NCBI GenBank assembly: GCA_012270795.1
Contig: JAAXHO010000056.1
Location: forward strand, 18,486-82,485
Direction: 5' to 3'
Source: Candidatus Poribacteria bacterium
GTDB taxonomy: Bacteria > Poribacteria > WGA-4E > WGA-3G
Length of the DNA: 64,000 nt
Shown here: in pieces, positions 51,388 to 61,988 of the stretch
Numbering within the stretch: the first letter of the stretch is position 1
How the letters are laid out: each line of letters starts with the position of its first letter
Position numbers and translations under genes: made by a program
Notes under the pieces: generated by a model
Database searches by the model: none
What the model was told of the DNA's origin: nothing
The model's input: the letters and a program-made list of their open reading frames with translations, nothing else

Positions 51388-51981
51388 ATGAAAAAATCTT
51401 TGGTTTTCGTAATTTTCATCTTATGTCTTACCGCATCATCTCTGTGGGCAGCGAAACTTCGCATAAATGGTGATAATTCCTGGGTAGGTTTCATTAACGG
51501 TGAACAGGTCGCTACGGGAGATAATTGGCAGGTCGCATCCGTCACAGAATTTGAAATGCCCGATGGGTATGCTGTCATTGCAGTTTATGTTCACGACTTT
51601 GAACCCGGTGCATCGGGTATCGGCGGTGCATTGATTGATGTCATCCTTGACGACGGCACCTATATACCATCAGATAACACATGGAAGTCGAATGCTGGCG
51701 TGCCAATTGCGGATCGAGACGACGGTTGGGAAACTATTAATTTTGACGATAGTGGTTGGGAAAACGCTATCGAACTTGCCCCATTCGGCCAAGGGGCTTG
51801 GGGCACTGGGGCAAGTGCATCCCTGACAAATCCAGCTTCAACCGCATTCTGGATTTGGGCAGGTCCCAACGATGTAGCGGATGATGTATATTTCCGAAAA
51901 ACAATCGGTGATCCACCAACACCTGTTGAACCGAACGGAAAAATCACAACCACCTGGGGCTCACTAAAAAGTCAACGATAA
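51388..51981 (+). CDS. Paralogous secreted lectin-like protein with C-terminal VEPNGKITTTW motif
   Basis: NGDNSWVGFING, FDDSGW, AGGAG RBS. Confidence 0.75.
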   Translation: MKKSLVFVIFILCLTASSLWAAKLRINGDNSWVGFINGEQVATGDNWQVASVTEFEMPDGYAVIAVYVHDFEPGASGIGGALIDVILDDGTYIPSDNTWKSNAGVPIADRDDGWETINFDDSGWENAIELAPFGQGAWGTGASASLTNPASTAFWIWAGPNDVADDVYFRKTIGDPPTPVEPNGKITTTWGSLKSQR

Positions 51982-52002
51982 GTAAAAACTCGTTCATGCT
52001 TT

Positions 52003-52038
52003 TTCTTGTAGGAGGACATCAAAACCCTCCTACAAGAA
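52003..52038. terminator. GTAG hairpin acting as a probable terminator
   Basis: TTCTTGTAGGAGG...CCTCCTACAAGAA, 13 bp stem. Confidence 0.6.
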
Positions 52039-52141
52039 CCTAAAACTATACTGAACTATAGAAACTCTTTGAGACATAACCGGTAAGAACAACCTTCCAA
52101 TCGTGACGAAAAACAGTAATTACCAGAATTAGGATTACACT

Positions 52142-52402
52142 ATGGAACAGATACGAGAACTCGCAACCTTGTTAGAATCAGGCATTGAAGACTACGATGA
52201 CCAAATGAAAATTTTGCAATCGGAACGCCTAAAATACCTCCGACTGTCAATGACAAACGGTTTCGGAACTGAAGAAGGTGACTCCAAAGAATCGTGGCTG
52301 CTCCATCTAAAACAGCTGGAAGATTCGCTGGGTGTTCGACTACAAGCACTCAAACAAGCCATTCAGAAATCGGCTGATTCCCTTAAAGAACCAGAGGCAT
52401 AA
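52142..52402 (+). CDS. Small helical hypothetical protein
   Basis: 86 aa ORF with AGGA RBS, 6 nt upstream of the next gene. Confidence 0.65.
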   Translation: MEQIRELATLLESGIEDYDDQMKILQSERLKYLRLSMTNGFGTEEGDSKESWLLHLKQLEDSLGVRLQALKQAIQKSADSLKEPEA

Positions 52403-52408
52403 ACATCA

Positions 52409-55400
52409 ATGTTTTCCCGTTTATTCCAACCGAACAAGTTACTTTACCTCCTCATATCCTCAGTTATTTCCTTCACTGTGTTGACCGCAACCGGACAAGA
52501 CATAGACACTGACAAAACCATCAGAGAAGCAATTCGACATCAAAACTTGGGATTAGCATATCTTGAAGAATCCCAACCTACAAAAGCACTCACCGAATTT
52601 ACCGAACTTGTTGACCTACTTCCTGATGAGGCAATCGGTTACGGCAACATTGCTGTGGCACACATGCGTTTGCAACAAGCTGAAACCGCTGAAGAATGGG
52701 TGAAGCGCGGATTAGATGCCGCACCAATGGATAGCCAGCTGCATTTCATCCTGTCTGAGATATATCTGTTAAAAGGGCAAACCGAACAAGCAGTAGAAGC
52801 AATGAAAGAGGCAGTACGTCTATCACCTGACAACCTTGAATTCCGATACAAACTCGTCCGACACTTCCTCGGACAACGGAACAACACAGACGCACAACGG
52901 CAAGCAGTTCAACACTTACAAGAACTCTATAGCCGTTCACCCGTAAACATCGTAATCCTATTGAAGTTAGCACAAGCTCTACTTGGTCAAGGACAACTTC
53001 AAGCAGCAGAAAAACATTGTCAGGAACTAACGATCCTGTTAGGCGATACTGACCCAGAAAAGTTAGTTTACCTTACACAAGGGATTGACGCTATAAAACA
53101 AAATGACCTTAATATCGCCTCGCGGAATATACGCATTTTTGAGAACTTGCATCGCGCAAGTCCACGCTATCAGCAAGGTATCGGTGAACTGGTGACCGAC
53201 ATACTTGGTCACCCAATAGAAGCGTTTCGGCCCGGATTCAAAGCACGTCTCAACGCCAAACACACCCCACCAATTGCCGTAGAATTTATAGACAGCACCG
53301 AACAACTCGGCCTAACTGACGGGCGAAACACCTCAACAGATAATATAACCGTTTCATTACTGGACTACAACAATGACGGTAATATTGACATTTTTACAAC
53401 AACGGGGTTACTCCTTGAGCAAGTAGATGGAAAATACACACCAGTCAAGAGTTTTCAGGAGAAAGCAAAGCAATTTTTTACAATACCACACACCGTCGCC
53501 TTTGCAGATTTGGACAAAAATGGGACACAAGATTTTGTAGTCCAGACGCAAAACGGAATAACTTATCTCCGTACAGATTCTAACCAGCAATGGGTAACAG
53601 TTTCCCTAATTCAACACGAACAACCAACAGATGATATTTCTTTCATGCTGCCTATTGATTATGACCACGATGGCGACCTGGATCTTTTTTCTGGACAATC
53701 CGGTAAGTCTATGTATCGCAATAACGGGGATGGTACCTTCCTTAATGTAACTGATCAAACTTTTGTGTTGACAAAGGAAGATACGCAATATCAGCAGCCC
53801 CACAAAGATGCTATCGCTGCGGACTTTGACGATGACGGTGATATTGATATATTGGCAATAAATAGCAGAACAGGATGCACGTTATACGATAATCTCCGTC
53901 AAGGGAAACTTCGTGCGATGATGACTGAAACAGGAATCTATCAAAGGATACCCTACTTTGCAGTTGCTTCAGCAGATTATGACAATGATAGCGACATAGA
54001 CCTGATTTTTGCCACAGAAGTTGGTATAGACCTATTCCGCAATAGAGGTGACGGAACTTTTCTGCCCGACACACGCTCAAGTGCGCAGCTTGAAAGCAGA
54101 GGTTACGACTCCTCCACGATATTAAAAAGTCTTGACTATGATAATGACGGATTTTTGGACATAATGATCATCAATAAACAAGGATTATATCTATTTCGTA
54201 ACGATGGCACAGGACGGTTCACCGAAACCAGTGCCATCATAAAAACCGAAGCACAGATGAAAAACGGCACAGCAGGTGCAGTTGCGGATTACGACAACGA
54301 CGGGGATTTAGACCTAATTTATACTAACAACAACGGACAATTACACGCACTCCAAAACAACGGAGGCAATCAGAACAACTGGATACAGATACAATTAGAG
54401 GGAATCACAACTGGCAATAACAAAGTGAATAGGAATGGAATCGGATCAAAACTTGAGGTAAAAGTAAGCGATCTTTATCAACTACAATATCTCTCACAAC
54501 AGGTCGCACACTTCGGATTAGGACAACATGCCTCTGCAGATGTCGTACGTGTTGTATGGACAAACGGTGTTCCACAAAATGTAATTGAACCAAAGGCAAA
54601 ACAGCGAATTCAGGAGAAACAGATACTGAAAGGATCATGTCCGTTTCTATATGTCTATGATGGAGAAAAATACCAATTTGTCACCGATCTGCTATGGCGC
54701 GCTCCACTCGGCTTGATCACATCTATGGGGTTTGTCGCACCCGATGAGACAAGGGATTTCATAAAAATATCTGCTTCACAAATGAAACCAAAAGACGGTA
54801 GGTATTCTATTCAGATTACTGAGGAGTTGTGGGAAACAGCATATTTTGATATGGTAAAACTGATAGCAGTTGACCATCCTACTAACACCGATATTTTCGT
54901 CAACGAACAGTACACACCCCCACCTTTTGCCGATTTCAAGATATATGGTGTGGCTGAAAAACGATACCCGCAATCTGCATCAGACCATCACGGTAATGAC
55001 ATCTCTGATGCTTTGCAAAAGGTGGATTATCAATATGCAGTTGAACACGCACCCGGTCCCTGCCAAGGGATTGTTGAGCAGCACGCCATCATCCTTGACC
55101 TTGGTGATATTCCCGACAAAGCACCTGTGACCCTCTACCTCAACGGTTGGATTTTTCCTACTGATACCAGCATCAATGTAGCACTGTCACAAAATCCGGC
55201 AATAAATCCGCAGTTCCCTTCAGTTTCAGTGAAAGACAAAGCTGATAAGTGGAAAACCGTCATTGATATGATCGGCATTCCCGCAGGAAAAAACAAGACG
55301 ATAACTATTGATCTGACAGATAGGTTTTTGTCTGATCACAGGCACGTGCGGATTGAAACCGATATGCAAATTTATTGGGATGCTGCATTTTTCACAGTAG

Positions 55401-55933
55401 GCAAACAGGATGTACCAATGCAAATCACAGAATTGAATCCCGATAGTGCCGACCTACACTATCGCGGTTTTTCAAAAATGTACCGTCCAACCCCACATGC
55501 ACCACACCTATTTGACTACCAAAAGGTTATAAAAGAAAGACAGTGGCGCGATCTTGAAGGATTTTACACACGGTATGGTGATGTCAATCCGTTATTGCAA
55601 GCAGTTGACGACATGTATGTCATCCTCAATGCTGGAGATGAAATCACGGTTGGGTTTGACGCATCACGATTGCCTGAACTTAAACCGGGTTGGACTCGGG
55701 ACTTCATCCTCTACAGCGATGGGTGGGACAAAGATGGAGATATTAACACGCTAACATCACAAACAGTTGAACCGTTGCCTTTCCACGGCATGTCTGCATA
55801 TCCATATCCAAAGACTGAACAGTATCCGAATGACAAAAAACATCAACAATATCAACTAAAATACAACACACGCCGCGTGAAACATCACCTCCCACCTTTG
55901 TCAACAGGCAAGAACAGTTTAAATCCATACTGA
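52409..55933 (+). CDS. TPR + FG-GAP/VCBS + ASPIC/UnbV (CRTAC1-like) secreted protein
   Basis: N-terminal TPRs, repeated DYDNDGDxD, QILKGSCPFLY. Confidence 0.88.
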   Translation: MFSRLFQPNKLLYLLISSVISFTVLTATGQDIDTDKTIREAIRHQNLGLAYLEESQPTKALTEFTELVDLLPDEAIGYGNIAVAHMRLQQAETAEEWVKRGLDAAPMDSQLHFILSEIYLLKGQTEQAVEAMKEAVRLSPDNLEFRYKLVRHFLGQRNNTDAQRQAVQHLQELYSRSPVNIVILLKLAQALLGQGQLQAAEKHCQELTILLGDTDPEKLVYLTQGIDAIKQNDLNIASRNIRIFENLHRASPRYQQGIGELVTDILGHPIEAFRPGFKARLNAKHTPPIAVEFIDSTEQLGLTDGRNTSTDNITVSLLDYNNDGNIDIFTTTGLLLEQVDGKYTPVKSFQEKAKQFFTIPHTVAFADLDKNGTQDFVVQTQNGITYLRTDSNQQWVTVSLIQHEQPTDDISFMLPIDYDHDGDLDLFSGQSGKSMYRNNGDGTFLNVTDQTFVLTKEDTQYQQPHKDAIAADFDDDGDIDILAINSRTGCTLYDNLRQGKLRAMMTETGIYQRIPYFAVASADYDNDSDIDLIFATEVGIDLFRNRGDGTFLPDTRSSAQLESRGYDSSTILKSLDYDNDGFLDIMIINKQGLYLFRNDGTGRFTETSAIIKTEAQMKNGTAGAVADYDNDGDLDLIYTNNNGQLHALQNNGGNQNNWIQIQLEGITTGNNKVNRNGIGSKLEVKVSDLYQLQYLSQQVAHFGLGQHASADVVRVVWTNGVPQNVIEPKAKQRIQEKQILKGSCPFLYVYDGEKYQFVTDLLWRAPLGLITSMGFVAPDETRDFIKISASQMKPKDGRYSIQITEELWETAYFDMVKLIAVDHPTNTDIFVNEQYTPPPFADFKIYGVAEKRYPQSASDHHGNDISDALQKVDYQYAVEHAPGPCQGIVEQHAIILDLGDIPDKAPVTLYLNGWIFPTDTSINVALSQNPAINPQFPSVSVKDKADKWKTVIDMIGIPAGKNKTITIDLTDRFLSDHRHVRIETDMQIYWDAAFFTVGKQDVPMQITELNPDSADLHYRGFSKMYRPTPHAPHLFDYQKVIKERQWRDLEGFYTRYGDVNPLLQAVDDMYVILNAGDEITVGFDASRLPELKPGWTRDFILYSDGWDKDGDINTLTSQTVEPLPFHGMSAYPYPKTEQYPNDKKHQQYQLKYNTRRVKHHLPPLSTGKNSLNPY

Positions 55934-55983
55934 AACATCATAGTATACGGTAGTGCAATCAGCCATAGCGACTCCCCTTATAA

Positions 55984-56207
55984 TACCAGTTCTAAAAAAT
56001 ATTGTCTCATTAAGGAATTCCACTGTTATTGCTGGTTGGAGTGTCTCTCTTCGGTAGGAGCGTCCTCCAAATCAAGAAATCAACGGTATGAATGCTCTAT
56101 AGCATTCCCCGGGTATGAATGCCTTTTGGCATTCCCCGGGTCGCGACCAGGAGGTCGCTCCTACCATATCTCTACAGGTAATGAGACATAATCAATTAGA
56201 AATGGTA
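55984..56207. mobile_element. MITE family G with expanded REP-C cargo
   Basis: TAA/TAA duplication; about 70 bp longer than the 36166 copy. Confidence 0.8.
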
Positions 56208-56215
56208 TAAGATTC

Positions 56216-56240
56216 GGTGCGGTTAGGAAACCGCACCTAC
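56216..56240 (-). repeat. REP family F hairpin
   Basis: Reverse complement GTAGGTGCGGTTTCCTAACCGCACC. Confidence 0.65.
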
Positions 56241-56292
56241 CGCACTGGGGTATTAACTTTCAGTAAATATCAATAACGGGAAACTCTTAAAA

Positions 56293-57543
56293 CTAAATAA
56301 CCCTGTCCGTTTCGGAAGTTCCCTGTTCAACCCGCCGCAAAGGGACGTATAGACATACAGTCGCAATCACCAAGATCACTGCCAAAACCGTATAAGAATA
56401 TGCATTATTATCATAGAACTTACCGTCAAGAATTGCGCCGAACATCGTCTTGACAAACCCCGGATGGGCAGATGTTTCATACAGCCAACCTCCAAGAAGC
56501 GGTCCTAAAACACGACCTAAACTCAAGAATGCATCCATTATACCGATAGCTGCACCTTGTCCAATTTGGGTTTGTTTAGAAATCCATGATGTATTCGTCG
56601 GGCGTATCAACTGATTGCCGATGCCAGTAATTGTTAGATAGATCGTTAACGTTACAAAAGAGTATGCACAGAGTAAAAGCACCATACCGAGAGCATTCAA
56701 TAACAAACCCGCAACTATTATGCGCCGTTCTCCTAACCTATTGATTAACCAACCGAGAATTCCACCTTGAAGTAGGACAACAATAGCACCCATCACCATA
56801 AACATCCATCCCATCTCTCGTTGCCCATATTCCCAAGGTTCCTCCCCAATGAACAGTGGAAACGTCGTCTCCAATCCTGCGAAACTGAATGTGGTAAAAA
56901 AGGCGATAAGAAAAAGCGGGATAAGCGGGGATTTCAATGTTGTTTGCCGGAATAGTTCGCGTGGAGAAACCCATGCGTGATGTGCTGTCTCAGTATCTTT
57001 CTGAAGGGATTCTGGCAGGAGTGACAACACAAAAAGAAATGTCAAAAATGACAATCCGCCTGCAACAAAGAAAGGTAGATCATGGCGACCCATTATCCCG
57101 CCAATACCCGGTCCGAGAATGAACCCGAGTCCCATGGCTGCGCCCATCAATCCCATGCCTTTGCCGCGCTCCTCTGTGTTGGTGACATCTGCAACATACG
57201 CCATCACACTCGGTAACACAGCTGCCGAAGCGATACCCGCAGCACCACGTGCTAAGAAAAGTGATATGTAATCTTTTGCTAAACCAAAAGCAACTAAAGC
57301 AACAGCGTTTCCAAGCAGTCCTAACAGAATGGCAGGTTTCCTGCCGTGTCTGTCTGACAATCTACCCCAGATCGGTGCAAACAGCAGCTGCATGCCAGAA
57401 TAGATAGATAATAATAAGGCGATTTTAGTTGGCGTTGCCCCAATATCTTCTGCGTAATATGCAAGATTCGGAATAATTATACCAAAACCAAGCATCACAA
57501 AAAATAGGGTTAAGAACAGGAGGAACAGTCTGGATTTTTGCAT
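56293..57543 (-). CDS. MFS transporter, TetA/DHA1-like
   Basis: GRLSDRHGRKP motif A, GFILGPGIGG motif C. Confidence 0.9.
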   Translation of the reverse strand: MQKSRLFLLFLTLFFVMLGFGIIIPNLAYYAEDIGATPTKIALLLSIYSGMQLLFAPIWGRLSDRHGRKPAILLGLLGNAVALVAFGLAKDYISLFLARGAAGIASAAVLPSVMAYVADVTNTEERGKGMGLMGAAMGLGFILGPGIGGIMGRHDLPFFVAGGLSFLTFLFVLSLLPESLQKDTETAHHAWVSPRELFRQTTLKSPLIPLFLIAFFTTFSFAGLETTFPLFIGEEPWEYGQREMGWMFMVMGAIVVLLQGGILGWLINRLGERRIIVAGLLLNALGMVLLLCAYSFVTLTIYLTITGIGNQLIRPTNTSWISKQTQIGQGAAIGIMDAFLSLGRVLGPLLGGWLYETSAHPGFVKTMFGAILDGKFYDNNAYSYTVLAVILVIATVCLYVPLRRVEQGTSETDRVI

Positions 57544-57764
57544 TCGCGGGTTGGTAGATCAGTTTCATTTCCTATAATGCACAGATGAGGTTTCACGTAG
57601 CAGCGTCTAACGGGTTATTTAGTGGTTTACTCGACAATAAATATTGGTATTTTGGACATCCTAAATTCACCCCCCTTTTATCCCCCCGCAAGCGAGGGGA
57701 AAGGATTTTTGGGTTTATTCTGTCTGTTCTATAATAAATGTTTAACAAGTAAACCATTTAGACA

Positions 57765-58721
57765 TCAGAATAATAGATTAACGGAAAATCGTTGTGTTGT
57801 ATTGTCCTGCAAGTCACCGGTTAACAGTTGGAATCCGTAATCAAGCTGAAGTGCAGTATTACTGATCGGGATCTTAGCACTTCCACCGAGGCTTAGGGTT
57901 GTCGCTGGATTACCGCTATTATTCATTCCATACCCACCTCGGACACCGATGGCTTTGTTCACCCACATCTCTATGCCCAAGCGTGTATAAATCTCACTAT
58001 TACGGGACACCACTTCAACGGCAATTAAAGTGGATTTTAATAAGTTTGTGATTGCTGCCCCTTGGGCACTCATCTCTGCTATGGATTCAAGGTTGTATAC
58101 AATCCCGGCTCTGATGTTCAGCGGGACTGTGTCTATTTCTGTCTCTGAAATACTAACGTCTGCTGGCAGTAAATTCTCCACCGACACTCCGATGCTGAGA
58201 CTATTGATAGGTTTTGCCAAAAGACCGAGATCAAGGGAAACGGCAGATCTTGATGTTTGAGCAAAATACGGATTCTCTATGACGGAGGGGGTTGTCTCAT
58301 CAAAAGTGGTGCCAAAAAGTTTCAGGTTAAGTCCAAATCCCAATTGTCTTATGAGGGTGCGTCCGTAAGAGATACGTATCGTCTGTTCCTGATAAATCGC
58401 TGAGTCTTCTGCCAGTTGTCCGAAGTTAGCACCGAAAGTTCCCAATCCTCCGATAGGGATTATGCCGCCAATTGTGTTGTAGTTAATGAGTCCATTAAAT
58501 CGTTGTGCATAAGTAGCACCGAATTGTATTTTATCAATATAGGCTAAACCTGCGGCATTATAATGTGAAGCGTTGCTATCATCAGCGAGTGCGACAAATG
58601 CACCGCCAAGACCTAATGGACGCGCTCCTACTCCTGTGTCGTTAAAAGCAGCATAGGTTGATGCGGGAAGCAATAAGGCTATGAACAGTATATAAACACA
58701 TCTCAGTCTATGTTTCTTCAT
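57765..58721 (-). CDS. PorV/PorQ-like outer-membrane beta-barrel
   Basis: GARPLGLGGAFVALADD...YNAAGL, C-terminal FSVNLLF. Confidence 0.8.
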   Translation of the reverse strand: MKKHRLRCVYILFIALLLPASTYAAFNDTGVGARPLGLGGAFVALADDSNASHYNAAGLAYIDKIQFGATYAQRFNGLINYNTIGGIIPIGGLGTFGANFGQLAEDSAIYQEQTIRISYGRTLIRQLGFGLNLKLFGTTFDETTPSVIENPYFAQTSRSAVSLDLGLLAKPINSLSIGVSVENLLPADVSISETEIDTVPLNIRAGIVYNLESIAEMSAQGAAITNLLKSTLIAVEVVSRNSEIYTRLGIEMWVNKAIGVRGGYGMNNSGNPATTLSLGGSAKIPISNTALQLDYGFQLLTGDLQDNTTQRFSVNLLF

Positions 58722-58729
58722 GATTTCTC

Positions 58730-59368
58730 CTACGGTGTGCCTGTCATCGGAACAAAACTGACACCTGTTATTGTTGTCGTTTCTACTTTACCTGAACATT
58801 TGTTTATTAAGAATAGTTGTTGTAATTCAGCACCGACAGGGATGGCCATGCGTCCACCGTCAGCGAGTTGCTGTGTAAGCCGATAAGGTATTTTTGGGGG
58901 GGCGGCTGTTACGAGTATACCATCATAAGGTGCGTATTCAATCCACCCATAATAACCGTTCCCCTGTTTTAAATAGACATTACGATAGTTTAACGCTTCT
59001 AATCTTTCTTTAGCACTTTCTGCAAGTTCAGGTAATATCTCTACAGAATATACTTCCTTGGCAAGTTCAGCCAAAACTGCTGTCTGATACCCACACCCGG
59101 TTCCGATTTCAAGTACTTTAGAATTTTGTGTCAGTTCAAGTAAATCTGTCATTAGTGCAACGATATAGGGTTGTGATATTGTTTGTCCTTTGTCTATTGG
59201 CAGCGGTCTATCTTGATATGCCCATTTTTGATATTCGTGTGTTACAAATAGATGTCTTTGGATTTTCTCCATTGCAGCCAATATATCAGGATTTTGTATA
59301 TCCCTGTTTGCGATTTGGTTACGCACCATTTTCCTTCTGGCATTAGCAAATTCATCGGCATGCATCAT
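58730..59368 (-). CDS. pcm: Protein-L-isoaspartate O-methyltransferase
   Basis: GQTISQPYIVA, VLEIGTGCGYQ, APYDGILVTAA (alternative start 59395). Confidence 0.95.
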   Translation of the reverse strand: MMHADEFANARRKMVRNQIANRDIQNPDILAAMEKIQRHLFVTHEYQKWAYQDRPLPIDKGQTISQPYIVALMTDLLELTQNSKVLEIGTGCGYQTAVLAELAKEVYSVEILPELAESAKERLEALNYRNVYLKQGNGYYGWIEYAPYDGILVTAAPPKIPYRLTQQLADGGRMAIPVGAELQQLFLINKCSGKVETTTITGVSFVPMTGTP

Positions 59369-59400
59369 GATACGCCTTCTCCGATTTTCAGACATGAAGT

Positions 59401-61776
59401 TTATGAACCGACGTATACTTCATAAGGCATCAATAGAAAGATTCTATGTTTCTTTATGATATTCAGCAATTTTAAACTGGTTGGTTGTCCAAAGAACTGA
59501 TATATGTCTGATAACGGTGCAAGTTTCTCGGTAGAAATCAGTCTAATGTTACCTAACAACTGTGTGAACCAAGCAGGTCTTGGTAAACGTACAACTTGAA
59601 CGACCTGTTTTTCCAAACCTGCGCGTTTTTTTGCTATTGAGAGTGCATCGCTGAGTCCCCCGAGTTCATCGACTAACCCCTTCTCTTTTGCTTGCCGTCC
59701 TGTCCAGACGCGGCCGCGTGCGACTTGATCGACTTCCTCCTTCGTCAATTGGTCCCTTCCCGACGCGACTTTGGTGATAAAATCGTCATAAATCTCCTTG
59801 ATTTGTCTCTGAACGATCTCCTGTTCATGTGGTGGATAATCACTGTAATCGCTATAAAAGTCTGCGTGTGCGCCACGTTGGATTATCTCTTTCTTGATGC
59901 CAATTTTTTCATACAACCCCTTGAAACTATACTTTCCGCCGATTACACCGATTGACCCTGTAATGGTGCCGGGTTCTGCGACAATGACATCTGCAGGCGC
60001 AGCGATATAATATCCACCAGAGGCAGCAACGTCTCCCATAGAGACAACAAGCGGTTTTACCTCAGTGAGTCGCATAAGTTCGTTCCATATTATGTCTGCT
60101 GCGACGACTAATCCACCACCACTATCAATCCGCAAGACAACTGCCTTAATGGATGAGGTTTCTCGCGTATACTTGATGGCGCGGGCTATTGTGTCTGCCC
60201 CCATCACCGAAGTACCAGTCAATAAGTCAGAAAAACTTTCTCCGGTTAACATCATACCCGTAGCTTCAACCACAGCGATTTTCGGTTTTGGCACCGTCCA
60301 AGCATGTGGGTACAATCCGCTTCTTAGATAATCATTGAGCTTAATCAGTTTAACTTCAGTGTCTGCAAGCTGCCTGGCAATGACCTTCAGGCTGTCTTCA
60401 TAAAGTAGTTCGTCAACAATGTTTGCATTTTGTGCTTCTTTTGCAGTATAGGGACCTTTATCAATCAACTTCATCACAGCACCTGGTGTCCAGCCTCGTG
60501 CAGATGCAATATCTACAGTAAGTTGATCGTATAGATCGTCAAGAAGTGCATTCTGGTTTTCACGATGTGGCTCTGCCATGTCTTTACGTGTATATGCTGC
60601 TGCCGCAGATTTGTATTCACCGATGTGTTCAAGATGTGCTTGAATACCGAGTTTGTCCAGGGCACCTTTGTAGAAGGCACGTTCGGATCGCAACCCAATC
60701 AGACGTAGATCAGCACTTGGATGCATCAAGATGGCATCACATGCAGATGCAACGATGTAGTCACCGGTTGAGCAATCAGTGATATAACACATGACAACTT
60801 TGCCCGCATTCTTGAATTCCATGATAGCATTTCGTATCTCTTGAAATTGTCCCATACCGTAATTGCTGCCGTCCATTCGGATTAAAGCCCCTGCGATATC
60901 TTTGTCCCATTTGGCAATTCGGAGTGCAGCGTCAAGTCGTTCCATTCCTAAATCAAGAAAAAGCCGTTTGCGAAAAATCGGTTTTGTTATAGATGCCGAT
61001 GAGAAGTGCATGTACCCCACACCTGCGTTGGATACCCCACCTTCATCAAAGTCGTTGACTGTGCCGAAACCGAAATTGCCGATGTTGATGCCGAACCGAA
61101 TGTCATAACTCTTGTCACTGTTATATGTGCCACGTAGTATCAGTTCACGAATAGGCCGAATTTCAAGACCGTAACTTAGGTCTAATTCGCTAAAGTCTTG
61201 GGTTTTTCGGACATCAAAGGAGAAGGTGGTACGCCAGGTTCCTGGGCGTAGTGCTATCCCCATATCGTAAATTCGCGGCACTTTTTGATTAAGTAGTGTT
61301 GGACGGTTAAGGTCGCGCCCTATCCCACCAATTGAAAAAAAACGTCTACGATACATCAAACCGATAGATAGAGACTTATACTTATCATAGGTCTCATTAT
61401 CGGAGTTGATCCAGCTATAGTTTGTTCCCCAATATAAACCGTTTCCGAGATGTTGTCCAGCAGCCAGGCTGTATCTTGTAAAATCTATATCGTTTGGCGC
61501 GTTCACAAATTCCATGCCAAACCCACTACTGGGTGCGGAGATAAAAAACGCGTCATCGCCGGGGGGGTCGCTGCGATATGTTCTGAGATAGTACAGGTTC
61601 AGTGCGCGGTGAGTCCCTAATCCTGCGGGGTTGAAGAAAGTGGCTAACGCATCATCGCTCATAGCCACAGAATTTGTGGGGAGATGTGTACTTGCTTTTG
61701 GTGATTTGGCTATAGCAATTATTGGAAATAGACTCAAAATAAAGAGAATGTTTATTAGCGTTTTTTGCAGACTCAC
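59401..61776 (-). CDS. sppA: SppA (S49) protease fused to an N-terminal beta-strand-rich domain
   Basis: GEYKSA, LRIDSGGG, SMGDVAASGGYY, TITGSIGV, GRVWTG; GTG start with AAGGA RBS. Confidence 0.88.
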   Translation of the reverse strand: MSLQKTLINILFILSLFPIIAIAKSPKASTHLPTNSVAMSDDALATFFNPAGLGTHRALNLYYLRTYRSDPPGDDAFFISAPSSGFGMEFVNAPNDIDFTRYSLAAGQHLGNGLYWGTNYSWINSDNETYDKYKSLSIGLMYRRRFFSIGGIGRDLNRPTLLNQKVPRIYDMGIALRPGTWRTTFSFDVRKTQDFSELDLSYGLEIRPIRELILRGTYNSDKSYDIRFGINIGNFGFGTVNDFDEGGVSNAGVGYMHFSSASITKPIFRKRLFLDLGMERLDAALRIAKWDKDIAGALIRMDGSNYGMGQFQEIRNAIMEFKNAGKVVMCYITDCSTGDYIVASACDAILMHPSADLRLIGLRSERAFYKGALDKLGIQAHLEHIGEYKSAAAAYTRKDMAEPHRENQNALLDDLYDQLTVDIASARGWTPGAVMKLIDKGPYTAKEAQNANIVDELLYEDSLKVIARQLADTEVKLIKLNDYLRSGLYPHAWTVPKPKIAVVEATGMMLTGESFSDLLTGTSVMGADTIARAIKYTRETSSIKAVVLRIDSGGGLVVAADIIWNELMRLTEVKPLVVSMGDVAASGGYYIAAPADVIVAEPGTITGSIGVIGGKYSFKGLYEKIGIKKEIIQRGAHADFYSDYSDYPPHEQEIVQRQIKEIYDDFITKVASGRDQLTKEEVDQVARGRVWTGRQAKEKGLVDELGGLSDALSIAKKRAGLEKQVVQVVRLPRPAWFTQLLGNIRLISTEKLAPLSDIYQFFGQPTSLKLLNIIKKHRIFLLMPYEVYVGS

Positions 61777-61855
61777 TGGATTGTCCTTTTCGTTTGGGGA
61801 ATATATCTTATTAAGATAGCACATATACACAGAAATGACAAGAAAAACATCAGGA

Positions 61856-61983
61856 CAGAGGCATTCAATTGTCGAGTTTCGTTGTTGGAGGGGTTTCTAA
61901 CCCCGAATTGAGATACACAGCAGCAGAAATCGGGGTTAGAAACCCCTCCAACAATGTTGCTTTGTGACAATTGAATACTTCTG
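61856..61983. mobile_element. MITE family A inserted at the tip of a family B element
   Basis: Flanks AACATCAGGA / AACATCAGGG (9/10). Confidence 0.8.
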
Positions 61984-61988
61984 AACAT

